The position numbers and the translations under genes were made by a program. This document shows, one piece after another, positions 24,506 to 34,108 of a stretch of DNA of 64,000 nucleotides; position 1 is the first letter of the stretch, and every line of letters starts with the position of its first letter. Location of the stretch: the IMG/VR virus record IMGVR_UViG_3300029121_000001; one strand, given 5' to 3'. Source of the stretch: a virus. A model generated the notes under the pieces. It saw only the letters and a list, made by a program, of their open reading frames with translations, ran no database searches and was not told the DNA's origin.

Positions 24506-25711
24506 TTATTTCTTATATTCCATTTCGTAGAAACTCAAATCATACGGATATGGAACTTTTGGTTTACAGTTTCTATCACAGTATCCACAAGATTTGGATT
24601 GTCCACTTAACACTGAAGACAATATAGGAATATTAAAATTGCCACAATCGCACTTGCAAATTACTCGTTGATACAAACTTGGTTTATTAATGCTTATATC
24701 TTCTGGGTTATAAATATATGCTGCTTTGATTATAGTAAGTTTTCCATGATGTTCACCTTTATAAATTTTATCAACAGCAGATGGAGTTGATTTCTGATAC
24801 TTCTTACCACACTTGTCGCAAGTAGTTCTCTGCAGTTTACCATTCTCTAATTTTGTAGATACATATCCTCCACAATCACATTGACATACCACATTAAAAT
24901 GAGAAATCGTGCGATCATATCCACTAATTACAGGTACTGCTTGTACGATTCTAAGTTTTCCATACTTCCTTCCAATCAATTTAGGTGTATATTCTTTTGC
25001 ATAGCAGTATACGCATTCACCATATTTTTTATTCCAGGCAAACAGTACATCTTTGCAATCAGTATATGCATTACCACATTTAATACATTTAAATGTACAC
25101 TTATCGAGATCTTTTGTAACACTAATAAGTTTAAGTCTTGAAATACGTCGTTCAAGATCCATTCTGCATTGAATTTCCATCAATTCATCGCACTTAGTGC
25201 AATTGGGATATACAGATAGTGCATTATTTAGTGTAATACGATTGACTTCACCACAAGAATGAACTGTATAGACATATGTGGTATTCATCAATTTAATGAT
25301 GTTGTCACTGGTAAATTCACATTCTACTTTATCATATCTCCTATCATCTCTAGAAAGATTTCCAATAATCTGACACCATCCAAATGCCTGATGGTCTTGA
25401 GCCCAGATATATCCTACGTATTCATTAGGATCAAAGATGTTGTCACACTCCTCTTTAACGATGAATGTATTGGACTTGCTAGCTTCAAGTATAGCATTGA
25501 ATGCATCTTTTGAATTATCAATACCATATACATTAGAATCATATGCGCTAATATAGAGATTGATATATTTATCACTTGTAATAAAGTAATGCCCTTTTGC
25601 TTTTATGGAAAATATCATTTCTCTATTTAAGCCAATTCCAATGAATAGTGTATTAGGAAAATACTTATAGATACTTTCCATATACTCGATAACCTTTTTC
25701 TTGTCAATCAT
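24506..25711 (-). CDS. zinc-ribbon repeat protein (401 aa), function unknown
   Basis: Start moved to the ATG at 25711 (AAAGGAGTAGTTAAA ATG). C-terminal modules: RKYGKLRIVQ..VVCQCDCGGYV..CDKCGKK and EHHGKLTIIK..VICKCDCGNF..CGYC. Same module as the 1126-1884 protein. Confidence 0.8.
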   Translation of the reverse strand: MIDKKKVIEYMESIYKYFPNTLFIGIGLNREMIFSIKAKGHYFITSDKYINLYISAYDSNVYGIDNSKDAFNAILEASKSNTFIVKEECDNIFDPNEYVGYIWAQDHQAFGWCQIIGNLSRDDRRYDKVECEFTSDNIIKLMNTTYVYTVHSCGEVNRITLNNALSVYPNCTKCDELMEIQCRMDLERRISRLKLISVTKDLDKCTFKCIKCGNAYTDCKDVLFAWNKKYGECVYCYAKEYTPKLIGRKYGKLRIVQAVPVISGYDRTISHFNVVCQCDCGGYVSTKLENGKLQRTTCDKCGKKYQKSTPSAVDKIYKGEHHGKLTIIKAAYIYNPEDISINKPSLYQRVICKCDCGNFNIPILSSVLSGQSKSCGYCDRNCKPKVPYPYDLSFYEMEYKK

Positions 25712-25758
25712 TTTAACTACTCCTTTTTTAAATTGTATGATAGGACAACTTCTTCCTA

Positions 25759-25781
25759 CCATATTTATAATATATATTCAT
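25759..25781 (-). promoter_or_regulatory. candidate promoter motif GAATATATATTATAAATATGG
   Basis: ATATATTATAA box about 48 nt upstream of the 25711 start. Confidence 0.3.
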
Positions 25782-25787
25782 TTCATA

Positions 25788-26762
25788 TTAAAAGTAAATA
25801 TCTCTATTAAAAGCCTCTTTAAAACTCGCTTTAACTTTACTGCTATTCACATTACAATAAATCATAGTAGTCTCTAATTTGGCATGCCCGAGAACTTCTT
25901 TAATCTGTTCTACAGGCATTCCTCTATCCATTAGATGAGTTGCACAAGTTCTACGGAATCGGTGAGGATGTACATTCTCTACTCCAGCTCTATCACCAAT
26001 ATCCTTAAGAATTAATTCTGCACCTCTTGGAGTCAATCTATGGCCATTTGAAAGATGTGTGAATAAAGGTTGATCCGGTTGAGCATAACGTTCTTCTAAA
26101 TATTCTTGTAAGTATTTCATACAATTATTACTTAGATAAACAACTCTCTCCTTATGACCTTTACCAAATACTATAACTTCGCCTTCATTGAAGTTGATAT
26201 CTTTTACATTAAGACTAATAACTTCAGCAAGTCTAGTTCCAGTAGAATATAGAAATTCAACAAATGCTTTATCTCTTTTATTAGTACATTCTGCTCTAAG
26301 AGCATCCATCTCAACATTAGAGAAAGCTTTCTTGATTTTCTTTTCACACAATACTCTTTCAATTTTATTAGTAGGATTTTTCTCAATGAATTCTTCATTT
26401 ACAAGAAATTCATAAAAAGAGCTAATAGCTCTAATCTTAGTCTGTAATGTAGCAGCTTGAAGATTTCTTGCTTTAACCATATAGGCAAGATAATCCTTCA
26501 TATCTGCAGTAGTAATGTCTAAATAACTCTTTCCATTATAGTACTTAGCCATTGCTCTAACTTCTGTTACATATCCGGTCAAAGAAGATGGTTTTAGTCC
26601 TACTAAACTTTTCTGTTGTATGAAGCGTTCTATCAACTCTTCATTTGGTAGAGCGGTTCTAGATGTTCTTAGAATTGTATCCAGAACGTTTTTCAATTTA
26701 GCTAGTTGAATTTCATTTAATTCTGGTCCCATCAATTTTAGGATCATCTCTATATTAGTCAT
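25788..26762 (-). CDS. tyrosine recombinase (phage integrase / XerC-XerD-like family)
   Basis: N-terminal SAM-like domain (..IRAISSFYEFLVNEEFIEKNP). Catalytic region: STGTRLAEVISLNVKDI, GKGHKERVVYL, HPHRFRRTCATHLMDRGMPVEQIKEVLGHAKLETTMIYCNV (R..H-x-x-R..H..Y). Start set at the ATG at 26762, after GGAG. Confidence 0.9.
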   Translation of the reverse strand: MTNIEMILKLMGPELNEIQLAKLKNVLDTILRTSRTALPNEELIERFIQQKSLVGLKPSSLTGYVTEVRAMAKYYNGKSYLDITTADMKDYLAYMVKARNLQAATLQTKIRAISSFYEFLVNEEFIEKNPTNKIERVLCEKKIKKAFSNVEMDALRAECTNKRDKAFVEFLYSTGTRLAEVISLNVKDINFNEGEVIVFGKGHKERVVYLSNNCMKYLQEYLEERYAQPDQPLFTHLSNGHRLTPRGAELILKDIGDRAGVENVHPHRFRRTCATHLMDRGMPVEQIKEVLGHAKLETTMIYCNVNSSKVKASFKEAFNRDIYF

Positions 26763-26810
26763 CGCTATATCTCCAATCACAATTAATGTACATTAAGGAG
26801 GACTTTTCAA

Positions 26811-27335
26811 ATGGAAAAGCTAGTTCTGTCTAACGGTGCTGAGTATCGTCTGGTTACTGATGGTGTAAATGAGTACAATGGTGTCCTAACCCTAAAGGTT
26901 CGTCCGATGGAAGGTACTACCAAGACTGCTGAAGAGGTCCTGAAGGACTTCACTGGTAATGATACCATTACTGCTAAGATTGATGATACTGCTATTCGTA
27001 TCTTCACCAATTACACCAAGGTTAAGGACGTTAGACTGGTTCCTAACTACGTTGTTAACACCAAGTATGTTTGCCCCGAGTGTGGTGAGTCTGTAGAGAA
27101 CACTGCTACTACTTGTACAAAGTGCAATGCTACTTTCGATGCTCCTACGATTTCTGAGGAGACCGATACTATCTTCATTCTGAATGTCACTACACCTGAT
27201 GTCAATGACCGTCTGAATGATGTTGAGAATGCTATCACTGAGATTGGTGCTTCTCTGCTGGCTATGGGTGGAGACGATACTGACTCCTCTGATGGTAATG
27301 ACACAGCACCTGAATCCAATGTTGTTGCTGATTAA
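26811..27335 (+). CDS. hypothetical protein with internal Zn-ribbon (CPECG..CTKC) and acidic tail (174 aa)
   Basis: TAAGGAGG RBS. Codon usage is conspicuously G/C-richer (CTG, GGT, ACC) than most genes. Sits upstream of the XkdX-like gene. Confidence 0.85.
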   Translation: MEKLVLSNGAEYRLVTDGVNEYNGVLTLKVRPMEGTTKTAEEVLKDFTGNDTITAKIDDTAIRIFTNYTKVKDVRLVPNYVVNTKYVCPECGESVENTATTCTKCNATFDAPTISEETDTIFILNVTTPDVNDRLNDVENAITEIGASLLAMGGDDTDSSDGNDTAPESNVVAD

Positions 27336-27358
27336 TTAAAATTAGGAGGTAAATGACA

Positions 27359-27484
27359 ATGTATAAGTTTGTCGTTCGTATGTGGAAGAATCATATGATT
27401 GATGAAAAGGGTGTCGACAATGCTGTGAAGAAGCATTGGATCACTGCTAAGCAGGCAGAAGATATCAAGAAGATGCCTCGTTAA
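27359..27484 (+). CDS. xkdX: XkdX-family small phage protein (41 aa)
   Basis: MYKFVVRMWKNHMIDEKGVDNAVKKHWITAKQAEDIKKMPR fits the remembered XkdX pattern (..V.KGWIT.EEY..IT). TAGGAGG RBS 9 nt upstream. Below the ORF-track cut-off. Confidence 0.5.
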   Translation: MYKFVVRMWKNHMIDEKGVDNAVKKHWITAKQAEDIKKMPR

Positions 27485-27494
27485 TTTTCATTAG

Positions 27495-27540
27495 ATAAAA
27501 AATAATGGGTAAGGGATTAACTCCCTTACCCATTTAATTT
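27495..27540. terminator. bidirectional rho-independent terminator between convergent genes
   Basis: 12-bp stem ATGGGTAAGGGA / TCCCTTACCCAT, loop TTAAC, A/T runs on both sides. Confidence 0.8.
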
Positions 27541-27541
27541 A

Positions 27542-29914
27542 TCAAACGATAGAAGCTCTAATTACAACATCAGTTTTATTCTGTGTTACCTTAATACCCT
27601 TGCTTACAGAACTCATCATCTGGATCTGAGAAATCGGCAAACTTATATTGGATCCTGTGGTAATAATATTAAGTGTATTATTATCAGAAGCTCCAAAGAT
27701 AGTTTTAATTCTATCTCCTCTTCCAAGATCAATAACTCTACTACCAGCTTTATTTCTTTGACTTCTCTCAAAACCAGCAACGGAGAATTTATTAATCTTA
27801 CCAGACTCTGTCAATACAATAACGTATTTGGTTGGATTCTTATGGTCAGTATAAATAATACTCATACCTTCCATAGGCCCATGTTGACCTCCCATACCAA
27901 GTGTGCCAATTGTATTTCTCTTAAGCAATGCGATATCAGTAGAAGCAATTCGCAATGCTTTAGAATCGCTATACAGAATCAGATCCATATTGTCAGATAC
28001 AAGTTGAGTATCAACAATGTCATCATCCTGATTAATCTTAGAATAGATAATACCAGAAGGAGGAACATTGATGAAATCCTGAATATCAAGTTTCTTGATA
28101 GTATTATTTTTAGACAAGATTGCTACATATACTTTCTGCTTTAAAGCCGCAAGTTTAGTAACCATAGGCTCATAAATTACAGAAATAATATCTGCAGTAA
28201 GTCCTTTAATAACACCCTTAACATCGATACCAGGCTCATTCTTAGCCATAATGGGAATTCTGTGAATCGGAAGCTTGAATACTCTACCCTTATTATCAAA
28301 GAGAAGTATATTCTCCAGATTACTTACTGTCAATACAAACTTAGGCCGATCTCCCTTAACCACATTTACATTCTCATTCTCACCAATCTTACGGATATAG
28401 TTATTCTCAGTGATAATGATCTTGAATGTACCTTCAGGGATATTGCCCAGATTACTAACCTTAATAACCTTACAGATTCTAGGGGTAGCATACTTATTGC
28501 GAAGCATGATCAATTCATTTTTGACATCTTCCTTAATAAGTTTATCATTAGCGATTCTTCCTTCAAGCCAAGATTCTTCTTTACTTAGCTTATTAAACTC
28601 CTCCTTATATTTATCAAGATATCCTCTAGACAACTGTTTGATCTGAGCATTGATAATATAAGATGCCTGAATATCAGTCAATCTATATTTACTAATCAAA
28701 AGCTCAATCAATTCATTATCAGAACTAGTCTTTCCTTTCTTAATAAGATTAATAATCTTATCAATATCAGGAGATCCTACAATCTTGATAAATGCGTCAA
28801 GTTTATGAAGCTTTGTAGATACTACATAATGTCTTGCAGAGTATTCCTTGATCTTATTATCAGTAGCAAATTTGATAAACAATTCAAGATAGGCTTTATA
28901 AGACAATCTTACAAGCTCAGTACCATAAACTGCTTCAAAATTAACTCTGAAAGATTGTTCACAAGGAGTGTACTTATACAAAGCTTCTTTAACAAAGTTT
29001 ACATCAGTACCCTTCTTTAACTTGATTACGATTCGTACACCATAGTCATTCTTAGACTCATCATTAACATCAATAATCTGAGGGAATTTACCAGCGGCAA
29101 TTCCTTCATCGATCTTGTTGACTACATTGTTGGTACCATACATCGGAAGAGAAGTAATTGTGATATAAGGATAATCATTCTTATCATGAGATACACTCAT
29201 AGTTGCTCTTGCACGATAAGATCCATAGCCTTTATTACAGATATTCTTCCAATCTGTATCGATGATATCGCAAGGAAGACAATGATCAGGAATTAGAACT
29301 ACTTCTGCGTTTGGATCATCAATCAATCTCAGAGTTGCATCGATAACTTCTCCCATATTATGAGAAGGAAGATCTGCTTTAATGCCAGTACCAATACCAC
29401 CAAGAATACCATTGATCAGAAGAAGTGGAACTTTAACAGGAAGATATTGAGGCTCCATATGCTTGTTATCATATGTGGGATTCCAATCAACGACTTCATT
29501 GTTATAATACAATGCTCCACATACACATTCGAGTCCAAAAGGACTTAAACAGCATTCGGTATATCTTTGTGCAGATGCTACTTCACCAGATACAGTACCA
29601 AAAGAGCCTTGCCCAATCATCATCGGTTGCTTAATTTCAAACCAGTTTACCATGGTTTTAAATGTAGGATAGGTACCACTATGAGGATGATATTTCTTCA
29701 TAACAGTACCTTCTACGGCAGCAGATTTAACCTGAGTAGCAGGACTTACTGCTTTTTCATCATTCATTAGAGTATACAGAATACGTCTTGCAACAGGCTT
29801 CAATCCATCTCGAACATCAGGCAATGCACGAACTAGGTTCGTAGCAATAGTGTATAGAGCAAGATCTTCGATATATTGTTTATGAGCTGTATTTTGACGA
29901 ATTACTTCGGCCAT
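27542..29914 (-). CDS. type IIA DNA topoisomerase, GyrA/ParC-like subunit (790 aa)
   Basis: ALPDVRDGLKPVARRILY, KKYHPHSGT, GQGSFG and the active-site Tyr context AQRYTECCL are colinear with GyrA motifs (RALPDVRDGLKPVHRR, GKYHPHGD, DGQGNFGS, AMRYTEARM). Confidence 0.9.
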   Translation of the reverse strand: MAEVIRQNTAHKQYIEDLALYTIATNLVRALPDVRDGLKPVARRILYTLMNDEKAVSPATQVKSAAVEGTVMKKYHPHSGTYPTFKTMVNWFEIKQPMMIGQGSFGTVSGEVASAQRYTECCLSPFGLECVCGALYYNNEVVDWNPTYDNKHMEPQYLPVKVPLLLINGILGGIGTGIKADLPSHNMGEVIDATLRLIDDPNAEVVLIPDHCLPCDIIDTDWKNICNKGYGSYRARATMSVSHDKNDYPYITITSLPMYGTNNVVNKIDEGIAAGKFPQIIDVNDESKNDYGVRIVIKLKKGTDVNFVKEALYKYTPCEQSFRVNFEAVYGTELVRLSYKAYLELFIKFATDNKIKEYSARHYVVSTKLHKLDAFIKIVGSPDIDKIINLIKKGKTSSDNELIELLISKYRLTDIQASYIINAQIKQLSRGYLDKYKEEFNKLSKEESWLEGRIANDKLIKEDVKNELIMLRNKYATPRICKVIKVSNLGNIPEGTFKIIITENNYIRKIGENENVNVVKGDRPKFVLTVSNLENILLFDNKGRVFKLPIHRIPIMAKNEPGIDVKGVIKGLTADIISVIYEPMVTKLAALKQKVYVAILSKNNTIKKLDIQDFINVPPSGIIYSKINQDDDIVDTQLVSDNMDLILYSDSKALRIASTDIALLKRNTIGTLGMGGQHGPMEGMSIIYTDHKNPTKYVIVLTESGKINKFSVAGFERSQRNKAGSRVIDLGRGDRIKTIFGASDNNTLNIITTGSNISLPISQIQMMSSVSKGIKVTQNKTDVVIRASIV

Positions 29915-29920
29915 TTATTT

Positions 29921-30424
29921 TTACACCTGACTTTCAATATATTCACTTTTACTATTTGAGCATTTAACGATCTTGTTATCTCCAGTGTTATTTTTAATCC
30001 ATTCAGATTCTGCTTTGTTATGATAGATAAAAATGCAATCATTACCATAGGTTCTATCCATGCAACGATTGAAGAAGACATGATCAAAATTAGCATTATA
30101 AAGAATACCTTGCTGATTCTTGATCATTTCCTTGCCTTCTGCTACAGAACCATGTGCTGCCATAGGACAGATAGTACCTGCTTGAGCAAATAGCAATATA
30201 TTTCTATCATCATAAAGTTTCGTAAGATCTTTAAGGACATCAAGAGTGCTAAATCCACTATTATGTCTAATATTGAGAATCCAATGAATTTCATCATCAA
30301 AATCCGCAAGAGCAGCATAAAGATCACTAATACAGGATCTAAGATAAGGTTCAGTATGATTATAATAAATAGCAATATTTACTTTACCGCTATCAACATC
30401 AACCCATTTACTATTATTCATCAT
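29921..30424 (-). CDS. hypothetical protein (167 aa)
   Basis: ORF packed between the topoisomerase genes. No motif that I can support. Confidence 0.7.
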   Translation of the reverse strand: MMNNSKWVDVDSGKVNIAIYYNHTEPYLRSCISDLYAALADFDDEIHWILNIRHNSGFSTLDVLKDLTKLYDDRNILLFAQAGTICPMAAHGSVAEGKEMIKNQQGILYNANFDHVFFNRCMDRTYGNDCIFIYHNKAESEWIKNNTGDNKIVKCSNSKSEYIESQV

Positions 30425-30965
30425 GGCTTATTCTCCTAGTAAATTTTGCATTCATAGTCTTCATAAATTCATTAGTATTACCAATATTCAAAGTAGTTCC
30501 TTCAACTTTTTTATTTCCACTTACGACAACAGTTCCGCTGGATTTAGAATCTTCACATGAAAAATCAATTCCTTTACGACTATTAAGCATATTTGTAAAC
30601 ATTTCAGAATATAAATATGCATTATCGATCTCAAACTTAGTCACAAATGTACCATTCATCTTAATTTCTCCACAAAGGGCTTTACCTTTAAGATGGACAG
30701 ATCTAAATGCAAAGTCAAATGACTCTTCCTCAGCAATCTGATCGAGAATTTTTCTAGAATACTCTGCATCGCTAATTCTATTAATCTCAATAGAATAATT
30801 TTCATGAAGAAGAGCGGCTAATTGAGTTTTGATAAATGCTACTACTACAGCATATTCAACATTAAGTTTTAAAGTCAAATCAGGATCATTGTAGACATCT
30901 TCTGTCATAATCGATGTAGGTGTTTTACCTAAAGAATAATTCATATATTCTATGAACATAATCAT
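30414..30965 (-). CDS. hypothetical protein (183 aa)
   Basis: AAGGAGAAG RBS region. ORF overlaps the downstream gene by 11 nt. Confidence 0.7.
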   Translation of the reverse strand: MIMFIEYMNYSLGKTPTSIMTEDVYNDPDLTLKLNVEYAVVVAFIKTQLAALLHENYSIEINRISDAEYSRKILDQIAEEESFDFAFRSVHLKGKALCGEIKMNGTFVTKFEIDNAYLYSEMFTNMLNSRKGIDFSCEDSKSSGTVVVSGNKKVEGTTLNIGNTNEFMKTMNAKFTRRISHDE

Positions 30966-31026
30966 CTTCTCCTTAAATAAAATAATAAGAGACTAGTAAA
31001 TTGGTGCTTACTAGTCTCTTATATTA

Positions 31027-31866
31027 TTACAATCCGATCAATGCACTGCGATCAACAACACCAGTTTCTTGAAGAATCATATGCTTATTCGAATCATACT
31101 GACGAATGATCTTAGTGGTCTCATTGATATCATCAACCGTATATTGGATCAGGGTACGTGTATTAGGATTCATAGTAGATTCAGCCAACTGATCAGCATT
31201 CATCTCACCTAATCCCTTAAAACGGTTAACACTGCCAATAGTATTCATTGCTGTAGATACTAGATCATACAAACCAACTTTCTTACCATTAACAATGAAT
31301 CTCATATGATTTTCATTCATCGCTTTCTTAATAGGGTCGATCAGAGGTTTGCAATCCTCAATGAATCTATCATTATAGAAAATCGTTTCAATTCTTCCAT
31401 TAATTAGGCCTTTGATTCTGATAGTATTACCAATCTTAGTAATATTTTCATTCTCCATAAATCTAAATTCAGAAGTAATTCTCTTACGAAGAGTTTCAAA
31501 TTTCTCCTTCTTAATATAGGAAGAAATGACAATTTCCAATAGGATAGGATTAATCTTATATCTTTCAGCAATGGTGGAGAAGTCATAAATATAATCAGAA
31601 TTCTCAATCAAGATTCTAGTAAAGGTAGCAGAATCGATAGGCTTACCATTAAGATCTGTAACAGAATTCTTCTTATAATACTCCTTCTGCATATATCTTA
31701 CAAAGTCAACACGCTCTGCAAAATATTTCATGCGATTCTTCCCCATAGGAATTCCATATAGAGGAGGAACAGCCTTATATACTTTGCCAGCATCGACTAA
31801 GCCGGGGAACATCTTCAGGCACACAAGCAAAAGAAGGTCTGCAATATGTGCACCATCATTATCAGC
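31027..31866 (-). CDS. type IIA topoisomerase GyrB-like subunit, exon 2 (C-terminal Toprim/tail part)
   Basis: Frame is open from about 31866 and reads ADNDGAHIADLLLLVCLKMFPGLVDAGKVYKAVPPLYG, colinear with GyrB DADVDGSHIRTLLLTFF..GHVYIAQPPLYK. No RBS of its own. Confidence 0.75.
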   Translation of the reverse strand, partial: ADNDGAHIADLLLLVCLKMFPGLVDAGKVYKAVPPLYGIPMGKNRMKYFAERVDFVRYMQKEYYKKNSVTDLNGKPIDSATFTRILIENSDYIYDFSTIAERYKINPILLEIVISSYIKKEKFETLRKRITSEFRFMENENITKIGNTIRIKGLINGRIETIFYNDRFIEDCKPLIDPIKKAMNENHMRFIVNGKKVGLYDLVSTAMNTIGSVNRFKGLGEMNADQLAESTMNPNTRTLIQYTVDDINETTKIIRQYDSNKHMILQETGVVDRSALIGL

Positions 31867-32233
31867 TCTATTTCGGTACTCTCACGTTAGTGAGAGAGTA
31901 GACTATATGTTACTATGCTTAGATACTATACTTCTCTAAACCTAGAATGCTCTTTCCAAATACGTGTCAATAGTATCTGTACTTTCCTTCACGGAAATAG
32001 TCGTTACAGGCTTCAATAATATTAATATTATTGATTCCCACGGTATTACCAAGCTATCCATCTGTTCTAATGGACCTTAGGCTTTCTTAGAGAGCTGCTT
32101 CGTCTATGGATATAAGTGTATATCTTCTCTCGACTTCATACACTAGTCTTATTCAGCTCTTACCGTTAGCTAATGATTAAAATCATCAACCCGTGTGACG
32201 AACACGAAAAGCATTTTTGGACGCTGTTAGTTC
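31867..32233 (-). ncRNA. group I-like intron (about 367 nt, no ORF) inside the Toprim DxDxD motif; boundaries +/-1 nt
   Basis: Exon 1 ends ..ATGACGGAT. An internal cGTCC can pair with GGAUg. R-like GTACAGATACTATTG (31982-31968) and S-like ACATATAGTCTAC (31910-31898) have P7 pairing potential. P9-like hairpin CTCTCAC taac GTGAGAG. 3' end ..CCGAAATAGA(G). Confidence 0.55.
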
Positions 32234-33763
32234 ATCCGTCATAAATATTACTTTCGATACCTTAAGTTTCGAGATATCGAAGTGCTTACCATACCCGGCT
32301 CCAAGAATTTGTGTAATTGCCATGACTTCATTATTCGCAGCAATTTTTTGAGGACTCGCTTGAAAAACATTTAGAATCTTACCTCGAATCGGAAAAATAC
32401 CTTGAGTTTCAACATTACGTGCAGATCTTGCAGATCCCAATGCAGAATCACCCTCAACAATAAAGAGTTCAATTTTATTAGGATCTTTTGTAGAAGGTTT
32501 AACATACTTTGCAGGTAGACCAGTAGTAGCACTGGTAGCATACTTTGCAGTAATTTTAACCTTCTCAGTATCTGCCTTGATTCTAGCAAGAGCAATATCT
32601 TTCAGAAACTTACAAACTTTCAGAAGATCTTGAGGTTTTGCTTTAGCCCATCCATCAAGGCCATTCATAATAGTCTCTTTAGCAAAAGGCTTAAAGTCTT
32701 GATTAGATAGAACTTCTTTAGCTTGACCAGTAAATTGAGGCTCCAAATGCCAAGCAGAAATCATAATCTTAAGACCCATCTTAACATCATTGGGAACAAC
32801 TTTAATCTTATTCTTTTCTCGTTCTGTTAGATAAATCTTATTAATATAATTTCCAAACCAAGTAGCAATTCCATCGAGTGTACCAGTAACATGAGTATTC
32901 AATGCACTACTGCTAGTAGGACACATGTTAGCATATGCAGTTACATCCTCACCACCAAGGTCTTGCTGATCAAATGTAAATGCACATTCAAGCTTCATAT
33001 GGCCATTATCATTTTTAATGATAATAGGAGAAACCAACATACTAGCACACTTACCAAGAATATTAGTGGCAATACCATCTTCATTAACCATCTTCTCATG
33101 ATAAGTTTTACCACGCTTATTGATAGAAGTATAGTCAATCGTAGCTCCGATAGGCAATAGAGATAGAGTATCTCTTACCAAAGTATATACCATTGCAGGT
33201 TCTAGAGGTGTTTCACCCATGATACTATGATCAGGAGTAAACTCAGTTCTAGTGCCTTGAAGCTTCTCAGGATTCTTAATAATTTCTTCCTTCTTCAATA
33301 CACCTTTCTTAAACAAAACATGTTTACATGTTCCATCGTATCTATAAGAACATACATCGAAGTATTCAGAAACAGCATTAACTGCTTTTGCACCAATACC
33401 ATTTAAGCCAGCAGAGTAATCTCCTTCCTTCTTTTCTGTAAGATTTTTACCAGTATGACCTTCAGTAAATACAGATATCAATTTTGCGAAAGGCACTCCA
33501 AGGCCATTATCCATAACTACAAATTTGTAATCTCTTTCATCAAAAAGTACGGAAATGAAATTACAAGGTGATTTATCATATAGAAGCTGATCGACTGAAT
33601 TCTGAAAGATCTCACGAAACATTGTCAATAGGCCTATTTCATTTTTACAGCCGAGGTACATGCCGCTTCTTGCTCTCACAGCATTAATGGTACCTTCGAT
33701 ATGTGTAATATCCTTGTCATAGGTATCGACATTCTTCATTTGCTCAGCAGTAAGTTTTGCCAT
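32234..33763 (-). CDS. type IIA topoisomerase GyrB-like subunit, exon 1 (GHKL ATPase, transducer, first half of Toprim)
   Basis: REIFQNSVDQ, VMDNGLGVP, GLNGIGAKAVNAVS (ATPase boxes). FIVEGDSALGSARSARNVETQGIFPIRGKILNV (Toprim). The ORF runs 15 junk codons past ..KVIFMTD to a stop at 32186. Confidence 0.85.
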
Positions 33764-33876
33764 TAATTATTATCTCCTCTCGTTTCTTTTGCAATAATAT
33801 TCATCATTTTATTATATTCTTCATATGTCAATATTAGCCTTGGAATATGAATAGGAATATATATAGACTTTTCCAT
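33763..33876 (-). CDS. possible small upstream ORF (37 aa, MEKSIYIPIHIPRL..), translationally coupled to the GyrB-like gene
   Basis: GAGG 9 nt before the ATG. Its TAA overlaps the topoisomerase ATG (TAATG). Too short to be sure. Confidence 0.3.
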   Translation of the reverse strand: MEKSIYIPIHIPRLILTYEEYNKMMNIIAKETRGDNN

Positions 33877-34017
33877 AAATTGCATCCTCACTTTCTTTTC
33901 CCTATTTATGTGTACTTGTTCATTATAATTTTAATTTTTCTTTATATGAAAATAATCCATTCTATGAAATCCAAAACTGGATTATTGTGGTGTTCTAATT
34001 TATATTATTTATCAATA

Positions 34018-34061
34018 TTAAAAATAATAAATATTAGGGTGGAGGATCACTCCTCCACCCC
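34018..34061 (-). terminator. rho-independent terminator after the 34109 gene
   Basis: Stem GGGTGGAGGA / TCCTCCACCC with loop TCAC, then a T-rich run on the minus strand. Confidence 0.8.
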
Positions 34062-34108
34062 AACATTTATTGACGACGATTGTTGCTAGGAAATTTTAAC
34101 TTATTGAA

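Noticed and set aside
25788-26810. Prophage boundary or attP site next to the tyrosine recombinase.
   Set aside because: I could find no tRNA-derived or other convincing core repeat adjacent to the gene. The intergenic space is only about 48 bp, and both flanks are phage genes. The window gives no evidence of integration.
20588-32233. Inteins, group II introns or genuinely split subunits as explanations for the interrupted beta-prime and GyrB-like genes.
   Set aside because: Inteins are excluded by in-frame stops right after the junctions. Group II introns are unlikely because of size (367 and 542 nt) and because there is no GUGYG start or RT ORF. Genuine splits are unlikely because the breaks fall inside the DFDGD and DxDxD motifs and the downstream pieces lack RBSs and start codons. 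A split cannot be fully excluded without RNA data.
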